This document shows positions 38,291 through 51,211 of a DNA stretch of 64,000 nt, piece by piece. Origin of the DNA: Squalus acanthias (taxonomy: Eukaryota). Each line of letters opens with the position of its first letter. Positions within the stretch are counted from its first letter, which is position 1. The notes under the pieces are model-generated. The model saw nothing but the letters and a program-made list of their open reading frames with translations. It made no database searches and was not told the DNA's origin. The position numbers were made by a program, and so were the translations under genes. The DNA lies in NCBI GenBank assembly GCA_030390025.1, contig CM059432.1:75890001-75954000 (forward strand), given 5' to 3'.

Positions 38291-38402
38291 CTTATGGGTA
38301 CAACTCTTGCTCCAGCTGATTCTAGATATTTTACATACGATGCCGCAATGTAGCTGCTCCCAAAGCTCTTAAAATCACCATACGTTTCCTGGGCCAGAAC
38401 AC
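38291..38402 (-). CDS. GGH: GGH-B exon 2 (112 nt)
   Basis: ttctag|...|gtaggt; [36 protein letters not shown]. Confidence 0.95.
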
Positions 38403-38462
38403 CTAGAACAAGGAAGGAAGTTGAGCATCAGTGAACAATTAAGGAAACATGCATCATAAATG

Positions 38463-38560
38463 TCAAAAACAAAATACTGCGATGCTGGAAATCTGAAATT
38501 AAAACAGAAAATGCTGGAAACACTCAGCAGGTCAGGCAGCATCTGTGGAGAGAGAGTTAA
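38463..38560. mobile_element. Penelope-like terminal fragment (a second short copy lies at ~38215-38265)
   Basis: aaatactgcgatgctggaaatctgaaattaaaacagaaaatgctggaaacactcagcaggtcaggcagcatctgt matches the ends of the elements at 49205 and 50336. Confidence 0.75.
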
Positions 38561-38854
38561 CGGCTGAATTTTAATAGGGAGGGAGGCTGGGAGCGATTTG
38601 GGGGGTGGCTCGAAAGCGGTCGGGAAACTCGGGAGAACGGGCTCCCGCAAACCCTGTTGAATTTAACGGCAAGGCCTGACTTGCATTTCAAACCTTGTTT
38701 TCTACCCGCAGCCAGCCAGATGGAGAGGCTGGCTGGCTGTGGGCGGGTAGGCCTGCTGCACCAGGCCACAGAGAGGAGGCATGGGATCAGGTGGGGGCCG
38801 AGGGGTGGTCGGGGGCCCCTGCAGCATTGGGGGCCAGGGGGTGGTCTATATGGC

Positions 38855-39800
38855 CATTTACATGCCCATTTTGCAAGTTTGTTAATGTCGTCTTCTATTT
38901 ATCGCAGTCTTCCTCAGTGTTAACGATATCCCTCAATTTGTTGTAATCCGCAAATTTTTATATTGTACTTCTGATTCCCGTGTCCAAATCATATAGGTAA
39001 ATAGTGAACAGCAGCGATCCGAGCACTGATCCCTGTGGAACACCACTTCCCACCAGTCTGAGTAATTAGCTTTAACCCCTACTCTCTTTTTTGTTTTGTA
39101 GCCAGCTTGCTCCACATGCTTTGACTTTAATCTTAAGACTGTTAAGACACCTATATTATTTCTGCTTATGCCATTTACTCCTATATGGAATACTTCCACT
39201 GGGTCCTGATCTATCTCCTTCAGTATCACTTCTAACCTTTTCTCATCATGTACTGCTCGAGCTTCAGTTAGACAGCTCACCATTCTGTGGGTTTTGTCCT
39301 TACAACACATATAGCTATCCACAATCCTAAGCAAAGAATCCCATATGACTACAATCTCAGACCTGCAAACTATATCCTTGCCCCAGCTGCCCTCTCTGGT
39401 TTTTTCGTGGCTTTTTTTTCTGGAACCTCATTACTTTGTGCGTTGTTGAATAGTGCCTGGTATCTGGTCACTAATATAATCTCTTGGGAAGATCACAGGT
39501 TTCCCACCTTTCTTGCTTCTTTACTAGACCTAATCCATCCAGTATCCCCATTTCTTTGTCTTCCTTCAGCTCTTGTCAGTCTCCTTTTACACTGATTGCA
39601 CTGGTCTCCACCTCCAGTCCCTGAAGGTTCACTGGAGGTCGGATACCCGCCTGCCCAAATCATTTACTTGAGATGAGTCACTTACTGAATTTAATACTGT
39701 CCACCCGCTTTAAAAAATCCCCTCCCTTCTGTCTGTCCTGGTAAGTTTGAGTACCTTGCTCTCTAAAGCCATAATAAGATGAAGAAAACAAAAACGGAAG
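38855..39800 (-). mobile_element. Old internally deleted CR1 (ORF1 esterase relic joined to RT relic)
   Basis: ORF 38933..39334 has VSCLTEARA...DPVEVFHIGVN (SGNH-like ORF1) abutting PQGSVLG-type RT sequence. Confidence 0.55.
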
Positions 39801-40299
39801 CAGTTGCGCCAGTTAATGGTTGACCATAATTACAACATAAACTAAACTCAAGAATGAACAAAAGAAAGAACTAAATTAGATTAACCCAAAGGAAGGTTTT
39901 AATGAACTAACATAATTAACAGGGAACAAGCTAGCTTAAGAATAGTGGAAAATTACTGAAAATAAAATGGATGAGGTCAGCTGAACAGTAAGGAACACAA
40001 CCTTGAACATTAGATAAGATGGGGCCCAGGTGCAGCTTTGGTTTTGTGCTGAAAGAGTCATGAAGGCAGAAGCCTATAAGATGACATTAGTTGTGCATTA
40101 GAGCATAAAAGTTGGGGTATCCTAGTGGCTTGTGGGCAGCTTGGACTAAAGATACCAGAGATCAAGTGCAGGGCAGCCAAGATTCATCTGCTTGTAAGTA
40201 TGTAGATGTATATCACTTGCTTACTATGATTATTAAGAAATATGAGTACTGTATAATCAAAATTTTCAAGTTGCTAAAACTAGACTCTCAAACATATTA

Positions 40300-41043
40300 G
40301 TTAACAAAATACAGGAACAGGAGTAGGCCTTTCAGCCCCTTGAGCTTGTTCCACTATTCAATTAGATCATGACTGATCTGTATCTTATCTGCATCTACCT
40401 ACCTTGGTTCTGTAACCTTTAATACCTTGCCTAATAAAAACTTACCAATCTCAGTCTTGAAAGTCTCAATTGACCTAGCTTCAACAGCATTTTGGGGGAG
40501 AGTTTTCCAGATTTACACTACTCTTTGTGTGAACAGCTTCCTGACATCATCCCTGAACAGCCTAACTCTAATTTTAAGGTTAAGCCCGTTGTTCTGGGCT
40601 TCCCCCCACCACCAGAGGAAATGGTTTCTCTCTATCTAACCTACCAAATTCTTTAATTATCTTTCCTGAGGTGCGGTGCCCAGAACTGAACACACTACTC
40701 TACTCTAAATGGGGTCTAGCCAGAGCTCTGTACATCTGTAACATAACTTCCACCCGTTTGTATTCCAGCTCCCTTGAGGTAAAGGCTAACATTCCATTGG
40801 CCTTTTAAATTGTGTTTTGTATCTGTCCACTAGCTTTTAGTGAATTCTATACATTGACCCCTAAATCTCTCGGCTCCTCCACAGTTCCTAGTTTCTCACC
40901 ATTTAGAAAGTACTCTGATCGGTCTTTCTTCGGCCTAAAGTGGATGACCTCACAATTCCTCACATTAAACTCCATCTGCCACAGCTTTACTTACTCACTT
41001 AACCTAGCAATGCCCCTTTGCAACTTTCTGCTCCCATCTACAC
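40300..41043 (-). mobile_element. Older CR1 3' fragment
   Basis: CR1 3'UTR reverse complement (acaggagtaggcctttcagcccc) and decayed RT C-terminus. Confidence 0.8.
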
Positions 41044-42648
41044 TAACTAAGGAAGTAAAGGATGGTATCAAATTGAAAACGAAGGCATACAATGTTGCCA
41101 AGATTGGTGGGAGGCCAGAGGATTGGGAAATTTTTAAAAACCAGCAAAGGATGACTAAAAAAATAATAATAAAAGAGAGAGATGATGAATTACGAGAGTA
41201 AACTGGCAAGAAATATTAAAACAGAAAGTAAGAGCTTCTACAGGTATATAAAAAAAGAGTAGCTAAAGTAAACATTGGTCCCTTAGCGGATGAGAATGGG
41301 GAATTAATAATGGGGAACGGGGAAATGGCAGAGACTCTGAACAAATATTTTGTATCTGTCCTCACGGTAGAAGACACTAACAACATCCCAATAATGGACA
41401 ATCAAGGGGCCACAGGGAGGGGGTAACTAAAGACAATCGCTATCACGAAGGAAAAAGTACTTGGTAAAATAATGGGACTAAAAGACGACAAGTCCCCTGG
41501 ACCAGAGCTCACGGAGTTGGGGGTAATACATTAGCATGGATAGAGAATTGGCTAACTAACAGAAAGCAGAGAGTCGGGATAAATGGGTCATTTTCCGGTT
41601 GGCAAACGGTAACTAGTGGGGTGCCACAGGGATCGGTGCTGGGGCCTCAACTATTTACAATCTACATTAATGACTTGGATGAAGGGACCGAGTGTAGTGT
41701 AATGTAGCCAAGTTTGCGGATGATACAAAGATGGGTGGGAAAGCAAGTTGTGCAAAGGACTCAAAGAATCTGCAAAGGGATATAGACAGGCTAAGTGAGT
41801 GGGCAAACATTTGGCAGATGGAGTATAATGTGGGAAAGTGCAAGGTTATCCACTTTGGCAGGAAAAATAAAAAAGCAAATGATTATTTAAATGGAGAGAG
41901 ATTACAAGATGCTACAGTTCAGAGGGACCTGGGGGTCCTTGTGCATGAAACACAAAAAGTTAGCATGCAGGTACAGCAAGTAATCAAAAAGGCAAATGGA
42001 ATGTTGGCCTTTATTGCAAGGGGGTTGGAGTATAAAAGCAGGGAAATCCTGCAACAACTGTACAGGGTATTGTTGAGACCACACCTTGAGTACAGTGTAC
42101 AGTTTTGGTCTCATTTAAGGATATACTTGCATTGGAGGCAGTTCAAAGACGATTCACATGCTTGATTCCTGAGATGAGGGGGTTGACTTATGAAGAAAGG
42201 TTGAGAAGGTTGGGCCTATACTCATTGGAATTTAGAAGAATGAGAGGTGATCTTATTGAAACATATAAGATACTGAGGGGGCTCGACAAAGTAGATGCAG
42301 AGAGGATGTTTCCCCTCGTGGGGAAATCTATAACTCAGGGGCATAGTTTCAGAATAAAGGGTCGCCCTTTTAGAACTGAGATGAGGAGGAATTTGTTCTC
42401 TCAGAGGGTCGTAAATCTGTGGAATTCTCTGCCCCAGAGAGCCGTGGAGGCTGGGTCATTAAATACATTTAAGGTGGAGATAGACAGATTTTTTACAAGA
42501 TAAGGGAGTGAAGGGTTATGGGGAGCGGGCAGGGAAGTGGCTTTGAGCCCAAGATCAGCCATGATCTTATTGAATGGCGGAGCAGGCTCGAGGGGCCAAG
42601 TGGCCTATTCCTGCTCCTATTTCTGCTCCTATTTCTTATGTTCTTATG
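41044..42648 (+). mobile_element. CR1 LINE 3' portion with internal deletion
   Basis: KSPGP joined to [28 protein letters not shown]; ORFs 41731..42503; (TTCTTATG) tail. Confidence 0.92.
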
Positions 42649-43259
42649 TACTGTGCCACCTAACTTAGTGATGTGGAATAGGCTAAATTTTACATGTCCT
42701 CCACCATAACTTTAATGGGAGACCCCAGAGAAATGGGTAAATGGTTGTTTTCAACTGTTCCTTCCAGTCTCCCGTTAAATGTTTTGGTGGGGGACCTGTG
42801 GTAGCCCCATAGATTTAAAGTTTTGCATTCTTTAGCATCTATCGGCCTCAATGTATTAAGATTAATACTTTCAGATGGCGGAGGCTCTCTCAGGTTGGAA
42901 CTACCCTGTGGGACTGGAAATCCCTTCTATTGATAGATTAAACACTCTGCATAAAAGCAAATTGTTTGTGTTTCCAGTAGCCTAGGTGCATGGACATTCA
43001 GACCAACTCTGAAGTAAAAACATCTCATCAACTGAAACATGGCTGAAAACCAGCTGGCTAAATGGTAGCTCAGGTGAGGGCCATCCATCTGAGTCAGGAA
43101 GCCTGCAATGACACTAACCTCTGTTAGCAGGCAGTATATTGAGCTCTCACCAATTGATCTGTCCTACTGTCTTCGTTATTTCTACTGAGAATAGCGCCCA
43201 CTCGCCAAGAACTTTTGATACTGCTCTAGCGCCTTGTGTCCGTGTGCGACGTCTCTTAC

Positions 43260-43374
43260 CGATGATGGGCCGTTGGTTGAGCTGTCCGAGCGGGGCGGCT
43301 GAGAGTTGGTCCCAGGACAGGGAGAGGGCGACACACAGCAACACTGCAAGGGTGTGCGGGCGGGGAGCCGCCAT
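43260..43374 (-). CDS. GGH: GGH-B exon 1 (signal peptide)
   Basis: ATG at 43374; MAAPRPHTLAVLLCVALSLSWDQLSAAPLGQLNQRPII(G)|gtaaga; hydrophobic leader; CpG-rich context. Confidence 0.92.
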
Positions 43375-43530
43375 CCTCACTGCAAGGAAATGCTGACTTC
43401 TAAGCTGCTTGCTTCAAAGTTCCCGGAAGACACGTCCAGGTACTGGCGGCGATTGATTGCTGCAATCTGACGCCTGCGCGGCATCACGGCAGCACTTTCA
43501 CTTAGAGCCGAGTGACAGCTCCTGCCTCGA
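43375..43530 (-). promoter_or_regulatory. Probable GGH-B proximal promoter/5'UTR (small CpG-rich region)
   Basis: CpG-rich non-repeat sequence directly upstream of the ATG; contains TTCCCGGAA (GAS/STAT- and ETS-like) at 43420-43428; TSS cannot be placed. Confidence 0.5.
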
Positions 43531-44270
43531 GGGGGAGGGGAATGGGAGGAGAAGGGGGAGGAGAAGGGGGAGGGGAATGGGAGGGGAATGGGGGNNNNNN
43601 NNNNNNNNNNNNNNNNNNNNNNNNNNNNNNNNNNNNNNNNNNNNNNNNNNNNNNNNNNNNNNNNNNNNNNNNNNNNNNNNNNNNNNNNNNNNNNNNNNNN
43701 NNNNNNNNNNNNNNNNNNNNNNNNNNNNNNNNNNNNNNNNNNNNNNNNNNNNNNNNNNNNNNNNNNNNNNNNNNNNNNNNNNNNNNNNNNNNNNNNNNNN
43801 NNNNNNNNNNNNNNNNNNNNNNNNNNNNNNNNNNNNNNNNNNNNNNNNNNNNNNNNNNNNNNNNNNNNNNNNNNNNNNNNNNNNNNNNNNNNNNNNNNNN
43901 NNNNNNNNNNNNNNNNNNNNNNNNNNNNNNNNNNNNNNNNNNNNNNNNNNNNNNNNNNNNNNNNNNNNNNNNNNNNNNNNNNNNNNNNNNNNNNNNNNNN
44001 NNNNNNNNNNNNNNNNNNNNNNNNNNNNNNNNNNNNNNNNNNNNNNNNNNNNNNNNNNNNNNNNNNNNNNNNNNNNNNNNNNNNNNNNNNNNNNGGAGGG
44101 AGGGTGAGAGGGAGGGAGGGAGGGGGAGAGGGAGGGGGAGAGGGAGGGAGAGAGGGAGGGAGAGAGGGAGGGGGAGAGGGAGGGGGAGAGGGAGGGGGAG
44201 AGGGAGGGAGGGGGGGAGGGAGGAGGGGAGAGGGAGGGAGGGGGGAGGGAGGGGAGAGAGGGAGGGACTC
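43531..44270. repeat. GA-rich polypurine repeat (GGGA/GGGGGAGA) spanning a 500-N assembly gap (43595-44094)
   Basis: Seen directly; true length unknown. Confidence 0.95.
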
Positions 44271-44689
44271 TGGGGGTAACGATCGATTGACAGCTCTTTG
44301 CCTATGCCGAGATATATTTGCACTTTTTTTGCCAAGTTGTTCTGAGCTCATCAAAATACAGACTGTGGACTCTGTGACGGTGGACGAAACCTCATGCATA
44401 AGTCATGTTACTGATAGTCTAGGTTTAGTATTACTCAGGGTTATAGAAGTGGCACATCTTTTAGTGTTTTTGTATTCAAGGAGGTATAAATTAGAAATTC
44501 TGTAACCAAATGACACTCTTGTTTTTGCTTTTTGCTACCATTTTACTTTTACTTGTAATAAAACTGATTTGTAATTCATAGCCTAAATCACATAGCCCAG
44601 TAATGTTTATTTTTTCACTTTCTGGACTAGAAGATGGTAGCGTTTGTGTCAACACCAGCAATCTGTTTCAGTAACGAGGGCTCCTTTTT

Positions 44690-44838
44690 TTATATTCATT
44701 CATGGGATGTGGGTGTTGCTGGCAAAGCCAGCATTTATTGCCCATCCCTAATTGTCCTCGAGACAGTGCTGGTGAGCCGCCTTCTTAAATGCTGTACTCC
44801 CACAGTGCTGTTAGGGAGGGAGTTCCAGGATTTTGACT
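44690..44838 (-). mobile_element. 3' tip of the LINE family at 8331-11518
   Basis: Reverse complement of 11350-11500 (gggatgtgggtgttgctggcaaagccagcatttatt). Confidence 0.8.
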
Positions 44839-44899
44839 GAATAAAACCTCAAAATTTAACACCAACTTTTTCAATTTCCCCAAGGCCAACCAGCAAAAG

Positions 44900-45315
44900 T
44901 ATGATAGGGCACTACATTTTTGCCAGATTACAGGATTCTCCCAAGTCCAGGGTGTTATTAATTGTCCTCTCACAACCCGATGTGCATCCCCACACAATAA
45001 CTGCATTCATAAACTATAAGGGTTATCATTCCATCAATGTGCAGCTGACCTATGGATCATACAAGTCAGTGCTTGCTTCCCAGCCAGCAGTCATTATGCC
45101 TTTATTTTCAAGGTTATCTGCTGTATACCCGTTACTTGATCTCGAAAGAAAAGTGCGCAGTTGGCTCTGACTGACTATAATCGCTGCAGCCCTGGTTCAA
45201 GACACGTCAATGGATGCCACCTGCACCTGCTGAGTACAGCAATAATGAGGTGCATGCATCTATCAAAGTTATCACTGAATACACCAGATGCATGTTAAAG
45301 CAGAAATTCTGTGCA
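44900..45315 (+). pseudogene. Ancient Harbinger (HARBI1-like) transposase relic
   Basis: GFSQVQGVIN...FINYKGYHSINVQL...; later YSNNEVHASIKVITEYTRCMLKQKF resembles YN..H...R..IE....LK.RF. Confidence 0.7.
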
Positions 45316-46340
45316 GGAAGGGATTATCTTAACAGAAAAAAGGGTGTCAGAAATAATAATTTTGATTATGAAAGAAAAATGAAAGTTAGTGAAAAGAATA
45401 TTGTATAGGTCACCAAAGGAGTTAGATGTACTACTGTGGGAGGCCATATAACACATGTTATGTCTTCAGGCGAAAGCAATGATGTCTTGATACTGGTCAG
45501 TGCAAACATTTGTTTGTTGCCTGTTAGTGTTGGGGTCCAGTGTCTCAGGACCAAGGAGCATAAAACCATCCTAAGAGATGGTCAATACTAGCGATGTCTT
45601 AGGATCATCCAATATCAATGAGTCCCCAGTGTTGACTGAAGTCATTGAATCCTTGACATGACCTGTATATGGTGCCAGTGTTTCTTCAGCAACCAAAATC
45701 AAATTTTGCAAGTTAAAATATCGTAACTACTAGTGATCTAAAATGGATTGTTGTGTTTTGCACAGTATTTAAAGCCTTTAGTAGATGTTAGTGCATACTT
45801 ACAATGAATTATACAGTTCTTTCTTAATAAGAAATTCCTTAAGATTTCATCTTGCTTTGAATGTTGCTGCAGCAGACAAGTAGGTAAGCACTCTCACCAA
45901 GTGTATTTGAGACCAAACAATAAGAACTGTGGGAATTAGCTAGGACACTCTTGTTTTTGCTATTGCCGTCACATGGAAATACACATGTGAGGATAGGATC
46001 AGTTTAACTGTTTCTCCCCTAGGGTATGATAGCCTGTTGAAACTCACTGTAAGACTCACAAATGAACAATGAGCAATTGGTTGAGGTATTCGAGGATGAA
46101 CAGCAACAGTGGAACTATATTCCAGCAAGGAGTGAACATCTTCAGGATGGGGGAGGAGGAGGAAGGAACTGAAGAGAAAATGAGTTGAAAAAAGTATGCA
46201 AATAATTTGCCTTTTGTTTCTATTTCAATTATTATACAGTGAAAAGCATCAAGTAAGCTTCTGCTGTTGTCCTGAATCACATCCACCTTCTCTGTCTCAG
46301 CACCACAGCTCTGTAGACTCAATTCTAACGCTGATCTCAG

Positions 46341-46640
46341 ACTTGGCTCAGTGGTAACACTCTCGCCTCTAAGCCAGAAGGTCATGGTGTAAGCACCGCT
46401 CCAGAGAGCATAAAATATAGACTGCCATTTCAGTGCAGTACTGAGAGTGTGCTACACTGTTCGAGGTGCTGGCTTTCAGATGAGATGTTAAACCATCTGC
46501 CCTCTCGAGTGGATGCAGAAGATCCCATGGCATTATTCAGAAAAGAGTAGGGGAGTTCTCCAGGTATCCAAGCCAACATTTATCCTTCAACCACCATTAA
46601 AACAAATTATCTGGTCATTTATTTCTGCTGTTTGTGGGAT
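46341..46640 (+). mobile_element. tRNA-derived Deu-type SINE
   Basis: TGGCTCAGTGG A box; core gccaacatttatccttcaaccacc; colinear with 16543-16925. Confidence 0.72.
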
Positions 46641-47951
46641 TTGGGTTAATGTTAAGTGTTAGCAAATTCTCAAATTCTGCAATAAGCAGAAAGGTCATAA
46701 GTCTGAACAAGTTAGCCACAAGCAGTGACAAATCTAGACAAGTTAACTACAAGAAGAATTAAATTGTACTATTAACCTCTGTTAAGTGTTGTCAACTTCT
46801 GTTATATGGCTAGATATAGCTGTATTCAGTTCCGTTTTATTTTAGAAGTTTTGTCTTATGGAGTTGTTTTTTTCTTCGACATAATTGTGTTGAGCAGATG
46901 TACTGAATTAACAGTCAACGGAAAAAACAGTGATCACGTACTTTTGTGGTTTTAAAGCTTAAATAGCAAGATTGTGAGCAGCTCCGTGAGTACCCACAGA
47001 AAGAAAAAAGTTGACAGATAGATTAGATGGCTACTGGTACCTCCCAGATTGGTAATGTAGAATCTGTTTATATCTATTGAATAAAGCTTATAAAGGAACT
47101 TTGTGTCGTGGAGTATTTTATTGTATAGTCTTGAACCTAAATTACCTAAGACTAAGAACTATAATGTAGAAAGTGTCATGACCCTCAAATTTTAATTTCA
47201 GTCATGAGCTGAGCATTTGAGACTTCCCAAGGTGTGCTCTCAAGTGAATGGCACTCCCCACTAAGAGCATTGGATTACATAATCACCTGTTATATATCTA
47301 GTGGCCTGTCAACACCACCTAAACTCTGGCAACCACAGTTCTGACTTCATCACCTGGAACCAAACTCATTTTGTTCCTCAACAAAAAATCAATGGCAAGA
47401 TCTTTCTTTTGTACTAATGGAAATCTTATTTATGTGCTAATATGAATTTTAAATAAAGTTAAAGCTCATCATGTCTGCAGAAATTCAGAATTGTAGCACT
47501 GCTTATTAAAAGGCCATATAAAACAAGAACATTCTGCACAAAATTGAACACTTAAAAGATCTGATGCTTGCTCAATGTTTAGACAAGCAAGAAAAAGTTG
47601 TACGTAAATGATGTCTCACCAATTACAGGGCTATTTCACATGTACTAAAGGATACACCACTCACAATGAAGTGTTGCCAGAAAGTTGTGGTTTTTAACTT
47701 CCATTTGGCAACTATCACACCATTGACTTTATCAACATTGTTGTCTGAGTCATTTTGCATGCAAAAATTAATGTCACTAATTTTCAGTTCACTGTAGTTA
47801 CTCTGCAGTGAAAAGCATTTCCCAGATTGGAAAACATAACACACCAAATAATCAGTTTCTATTAAGTGAATGCAAGGAATGGGAGGACTGCAATAAAGTG
47901 GTTACATCAGATTTTAATTAACTGACTGTGACAAGTCCAGTTGAAGTGATT

Positions 47952-48073
47952 CTAATCAATTAAATAAATTTGCTGAAATTTAGAAATGTTTCCAGTGTAA
48001 GTAAGTGAATAATTATAAATCAAAGCTTTTGTTTCTTCTGCTGTATTAGAAAAATAATGGAAGTTCTTCCGTG
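47952..48073 (-). CDS. GGH: GGH-A exon 9 (terminal coding exon, stop TAG)
   Basis: gtttttcag| then (A)RKNFHYFSNTAEETKALIYNYSLTYTGNISKFQQIYLID*; follows a 179-bp intron. Confidence 0.93.
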
Positions 48074-48252
48074 CTGAAAAACAAAATGCAATTTCTCAGG
48101 GAATTTTTTTTTTGTATTTCCTAAATTTGCACTTAAAAACTGAATAAGCATATTTTATCATAATGCTCAGCAAACGTCATCAGTTGGAATACAAAGATAT
48201 ACACAGAAAATAAACCTTAACAACTGCAAACTATTTCTGTTGTCTATCATAC

Positions 48253-48390
48253 CTTCATTAACAAAAAAATCAGCTAAATACCAGGAAACTTTAACAGCTT
48301 CAGGGGAGTGTGGGATTTCCCTTGTTATGTTCCACTCATAAGGGCTTCTTTCAGGGTGCCACTGAACTGCATAAATAGGGTATCTGAAAG
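48253..48390 (-). CDS. GGH: GGH-A exon 8 (138 nt; catalytic His/Glu)
   Basis: aatgtag|...|gtatga; (A)[45 protein letters not shown]; contained in ORF 48167..48511. Confidence 0.95.
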
Positions 48391-49014
48391 CTACATTCAA
48401 AGAACAAATAATCAGATCAAGCAGGAATATCACTTCCAACAGTTGTTCTGCTGTCAGATTGCAATTACAGTGTGTGCACAAGTGGCTAAAACCTATAGTG
48501 AAAATCTCCAAGGCGAAACATCACAAGCCTCAACTTGAAAGCACACTTAAATATAACAGCAAAAAATGCATTGATTGTTCAGAGATGCCGAGGTTTTTAA
48601 TTATAAAAATATATAGGGATTGCAGGGCATTGTCCCATTTCAGACTCACCTTTAATGGTCACTGAAATACATCAGATCCATTTGTAACAGTCAATTTCAT
48701 AGTACAAAAATGTATGGAGTGGATGCTGATGGGGTTGTTGATGCTCCAAGCACACACTACATATACATAACATGATATGTAAGGATCAGTATTCACTTTT
48801 TTACACTATGAAAGAGTGCAAAAAGATAACAATTAAGGATGACCACTTATACAAGCAGTTAATTTTACCAGAGGCAAATTGCAATCTACAAAAGTTCCAT
48901 TCCTTGCTCATTTTAATGAGAAATGGAGCTTTTCCACTATTATGCTTTCAGCTTTTCAAGGCCTAGGTTTTGCTATGTAAGCTCCAGAGAGCTATGCTGT
49001 AAAAATTCAATCAG

Positions 49015-49204
49015 GGCTCCCTTAATGGCTCAAAGTTTATCCAGTAAATAGCTAAGTTGTACATACCAAGAAGGCCCAGGTTCAGTTCCTGCTCTGTGCT
49101 GAGTTACCTGATCTGAGACAGTGTGGCATATAGGAGCACTACAATTAGCCTCAATGTGCCTTGGCTAAGGAGGTGGGAAAACAGCCAGGGTCCCTACTTC
49201 TGAT
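49015..49204 (+). mobile_element. tRNA-derived SINE head (different family)
   Basis: TGGCTCA...GGTTCAGTTCC A/B-box-like pair followed by ctgtgctgagttacctgatct. Confidence 0.45.
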
Positions 49205-49900
49205 CAATAGCAAAATACTGTGGATGCTGGAATCCGAAACAAAAACAGAAAATGCTGGAAACACTCAGCAGGCCAGGCAGCATCCGTGGAGAGAAACAGA
49301 GTCAGCGTTTCAGGTCTGTGACCCTTTGTCAGAACCGGAAAAAGTTAAAGATGTAACAGATTTTAGCTAGGTGCAGGGACAGGGAAAGTGGGTGGTGGGT
49401 GGGGGGAGGGGAGGAAAGAACAAAAGGGACGGTCTGTGATAGGGTGGAAGGCAGGAGTGGTTAAATGTTGCAAATGCTGCCGTTTGAAAAAAATAGGGGC
49501 AGAGGTTATGATCTGAAATTGTTGAACTCGATGTTGAGTCCAGAAGGCTGTAAAGTGCCTAATCGAAAGATGAGGTGCTGTTCCGAGCTTACGTTGAGCT
49601 TCGTTGGAACAGTGTAGGAGGCCGAGAACAGAGAAGTCAGAGTGGGAGTGGGGCAGGGAATTAAAGTGACAGGCGACCGGAAGCTCGGGGGTCACGATGC
49701 AGTCTCCTCTACATTGGGAAGACCAAACGCAGATTGAGTGACCGCTTTGCGGAACACCTCCGTTCAGTCCATAAGGGTGACCCCAAGCTTCCGGTCGCAT
49801 GTCACTTTAATTCCCCGCTCCACTCCCACTCCCACCTCTCCGTTCTCGGCCTCCTACACTGTTCTTTCGATTAGGCACTTTACAGCCTTCTGGACTCAAT
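49205..49900. mobile_element. Penelope-like element fragment with internal inversion and GIY-YIG remnant
   Basis: + strand ~49695-49865 reads CSLLYIGKTKRRLSDRFAEHLRSVHKGDPKLPVACHFNS; 49530-49695 is the inverted copy of 49778-49900; decayed hammerhead ~49300-49338 (minus). Confidence 0.85.
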
Positions 49901-50436
49901 GTGCAGCTTTATAACTAATGGTATACAGCTGGAGAATAATGTTCATCTCTCTCAGCCTGCTCCGATCACTTGCCCACATCTCCTCTGCTTAACTGTAACA
50001 CAGGACACCATCTGGCAGCTTCATTGAATCAGGAATTACAGTAAAAAATGGTGGATGTTTACAAGTTGGAATGTCAATTAATAATGCAAAGTAAACTATC
50101 ACAACTGATTCAGCTTTCTCAATATTATAGAATCATAGAATGGTTACAGCACAAAAGGAGGCCATTCGGCCCGTTGAGCCCGTGCCAGCTCTCTGCAAGA
50201 GCACTCCCCTGCCCTATCCCCGTAGTCCTGCAAATTTTTTTCCTTCAGGTGCTTATCCAATTCCCTTTTGAAAGCCACGATTGAATCTGCCTCTACCAAC
50301 CTCTCAGGCAGTGCATTCCAGATCTCATAACCACTTATACAAAAAGAAAATACTGCAGATGCTGGAAATCTGAAATAAAAACAGAAAATGCTGGAGATAC
50401 TCAGCAGGTCAGGCAGCATCTGTGAAGAGAGAAACA

Positions 50437-50476
50437 GAGTTAACGTTTCAGGTCGATGACCTTTCGTCAGAACTGG
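50437..50476 (-). ncRNA. Minimal hammerhead ribozyme motif
   Basis: Minus strand CCAGTT-CTGACGA-A-AGGTC-ATC-GACCT-GAAA-CGTTA-ACTC; intact cores, 5-bp stem II, palindromic AACGTT. Confidence 0.78.
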
Positions 50477-51211
50477 AAAAAAGCAGGAAATGGAACAGAT
50501 TTTTAAGTGAGTGTAGGAGCTGGGAAAGGGGGGGGGAATTAAAGAACAAAAGGGAAGGTCTGTGATAGGATAGAAGGCAGGAGAGGTTAAGAGACATTAA
50601 TATTCAAGGCAAAAGGAGATGGTAATGGGACAGGTTAAGAAACAAAGGATGGCTCTAGATGAAGTGTAAATTGCACTGGCAGAATGAAAGACAGCTGCCA
50701 AGTGGGAGAAGAAAAGACACAAACAAAAGGTGTGGATAAAAATATATATATGATAGGGGCCGAGGTTCTGATCTGAAATTGTTGAACTCTATGTTGAGTC
50801 CAGAAGGCTGTAAAGTGCCTAATCGAGAGATGAGGAACAGCACCTCATCTTTCGATTAGGCACCTTACAGCCTTCTGGACTCAACATAGAGTTTAACCAT
50901 TTCAGATCATAACCTCGGCCCCTATCATATATATTTTTTTTATCCACACCTTTTGTTTGTGTTTTTTCTTCTCTCCCACATGGCAGCTGTCTTTCATTCT
51001 GCCAGCGCAATTTACACTTCATCTAGAGCCAGCCTTTGTTTTTTTAACCTGTCCCATTACCATCTCCTTTTGCCTTGAATATCTCTTAATGTCTCTTAAC
51101 CTCTCCTGCCTTCTATCCTATCACAGACCTTCCCTTTTGTTCTTACATCCCCCTCCCCCCTTTCCCAGCCCCTACACTTGCTTAAAAATCTGTTCCATTT
51201 CCTGCTTTTTT

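Larger units (their letters stand above)
12518..43374 (-). other. GGH: GGH paralog B, partial gene span: exons 1-5
   Basis: Five minus-strand exons (43260-43374, 38291-38402, 22059-22109, 18159-18243, 12518-12656) splice in frame from ATG; signal peptide plus [17 protein letters not shown] and WGTCLG motifs. Confidence 0.95.

Noticed and set aside
43377..44505. Long ORFs (216-340 aa) rich in X, G and P
   Set aside because: Artefacts of the N gap and the GA repeat.
46056..46385. 109-aa minus ORF as a GGH-A last exon or new gene
   Set aside because: It starts inside a SINE and has no motif; the true exon 9 is at 47952-48073.
47117..47122. GGH-A polyadenylation signal (AATAAA on minus strand)
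   Set aside because: One of several candidates in AT-rich DNA; needs 3'-end reads.
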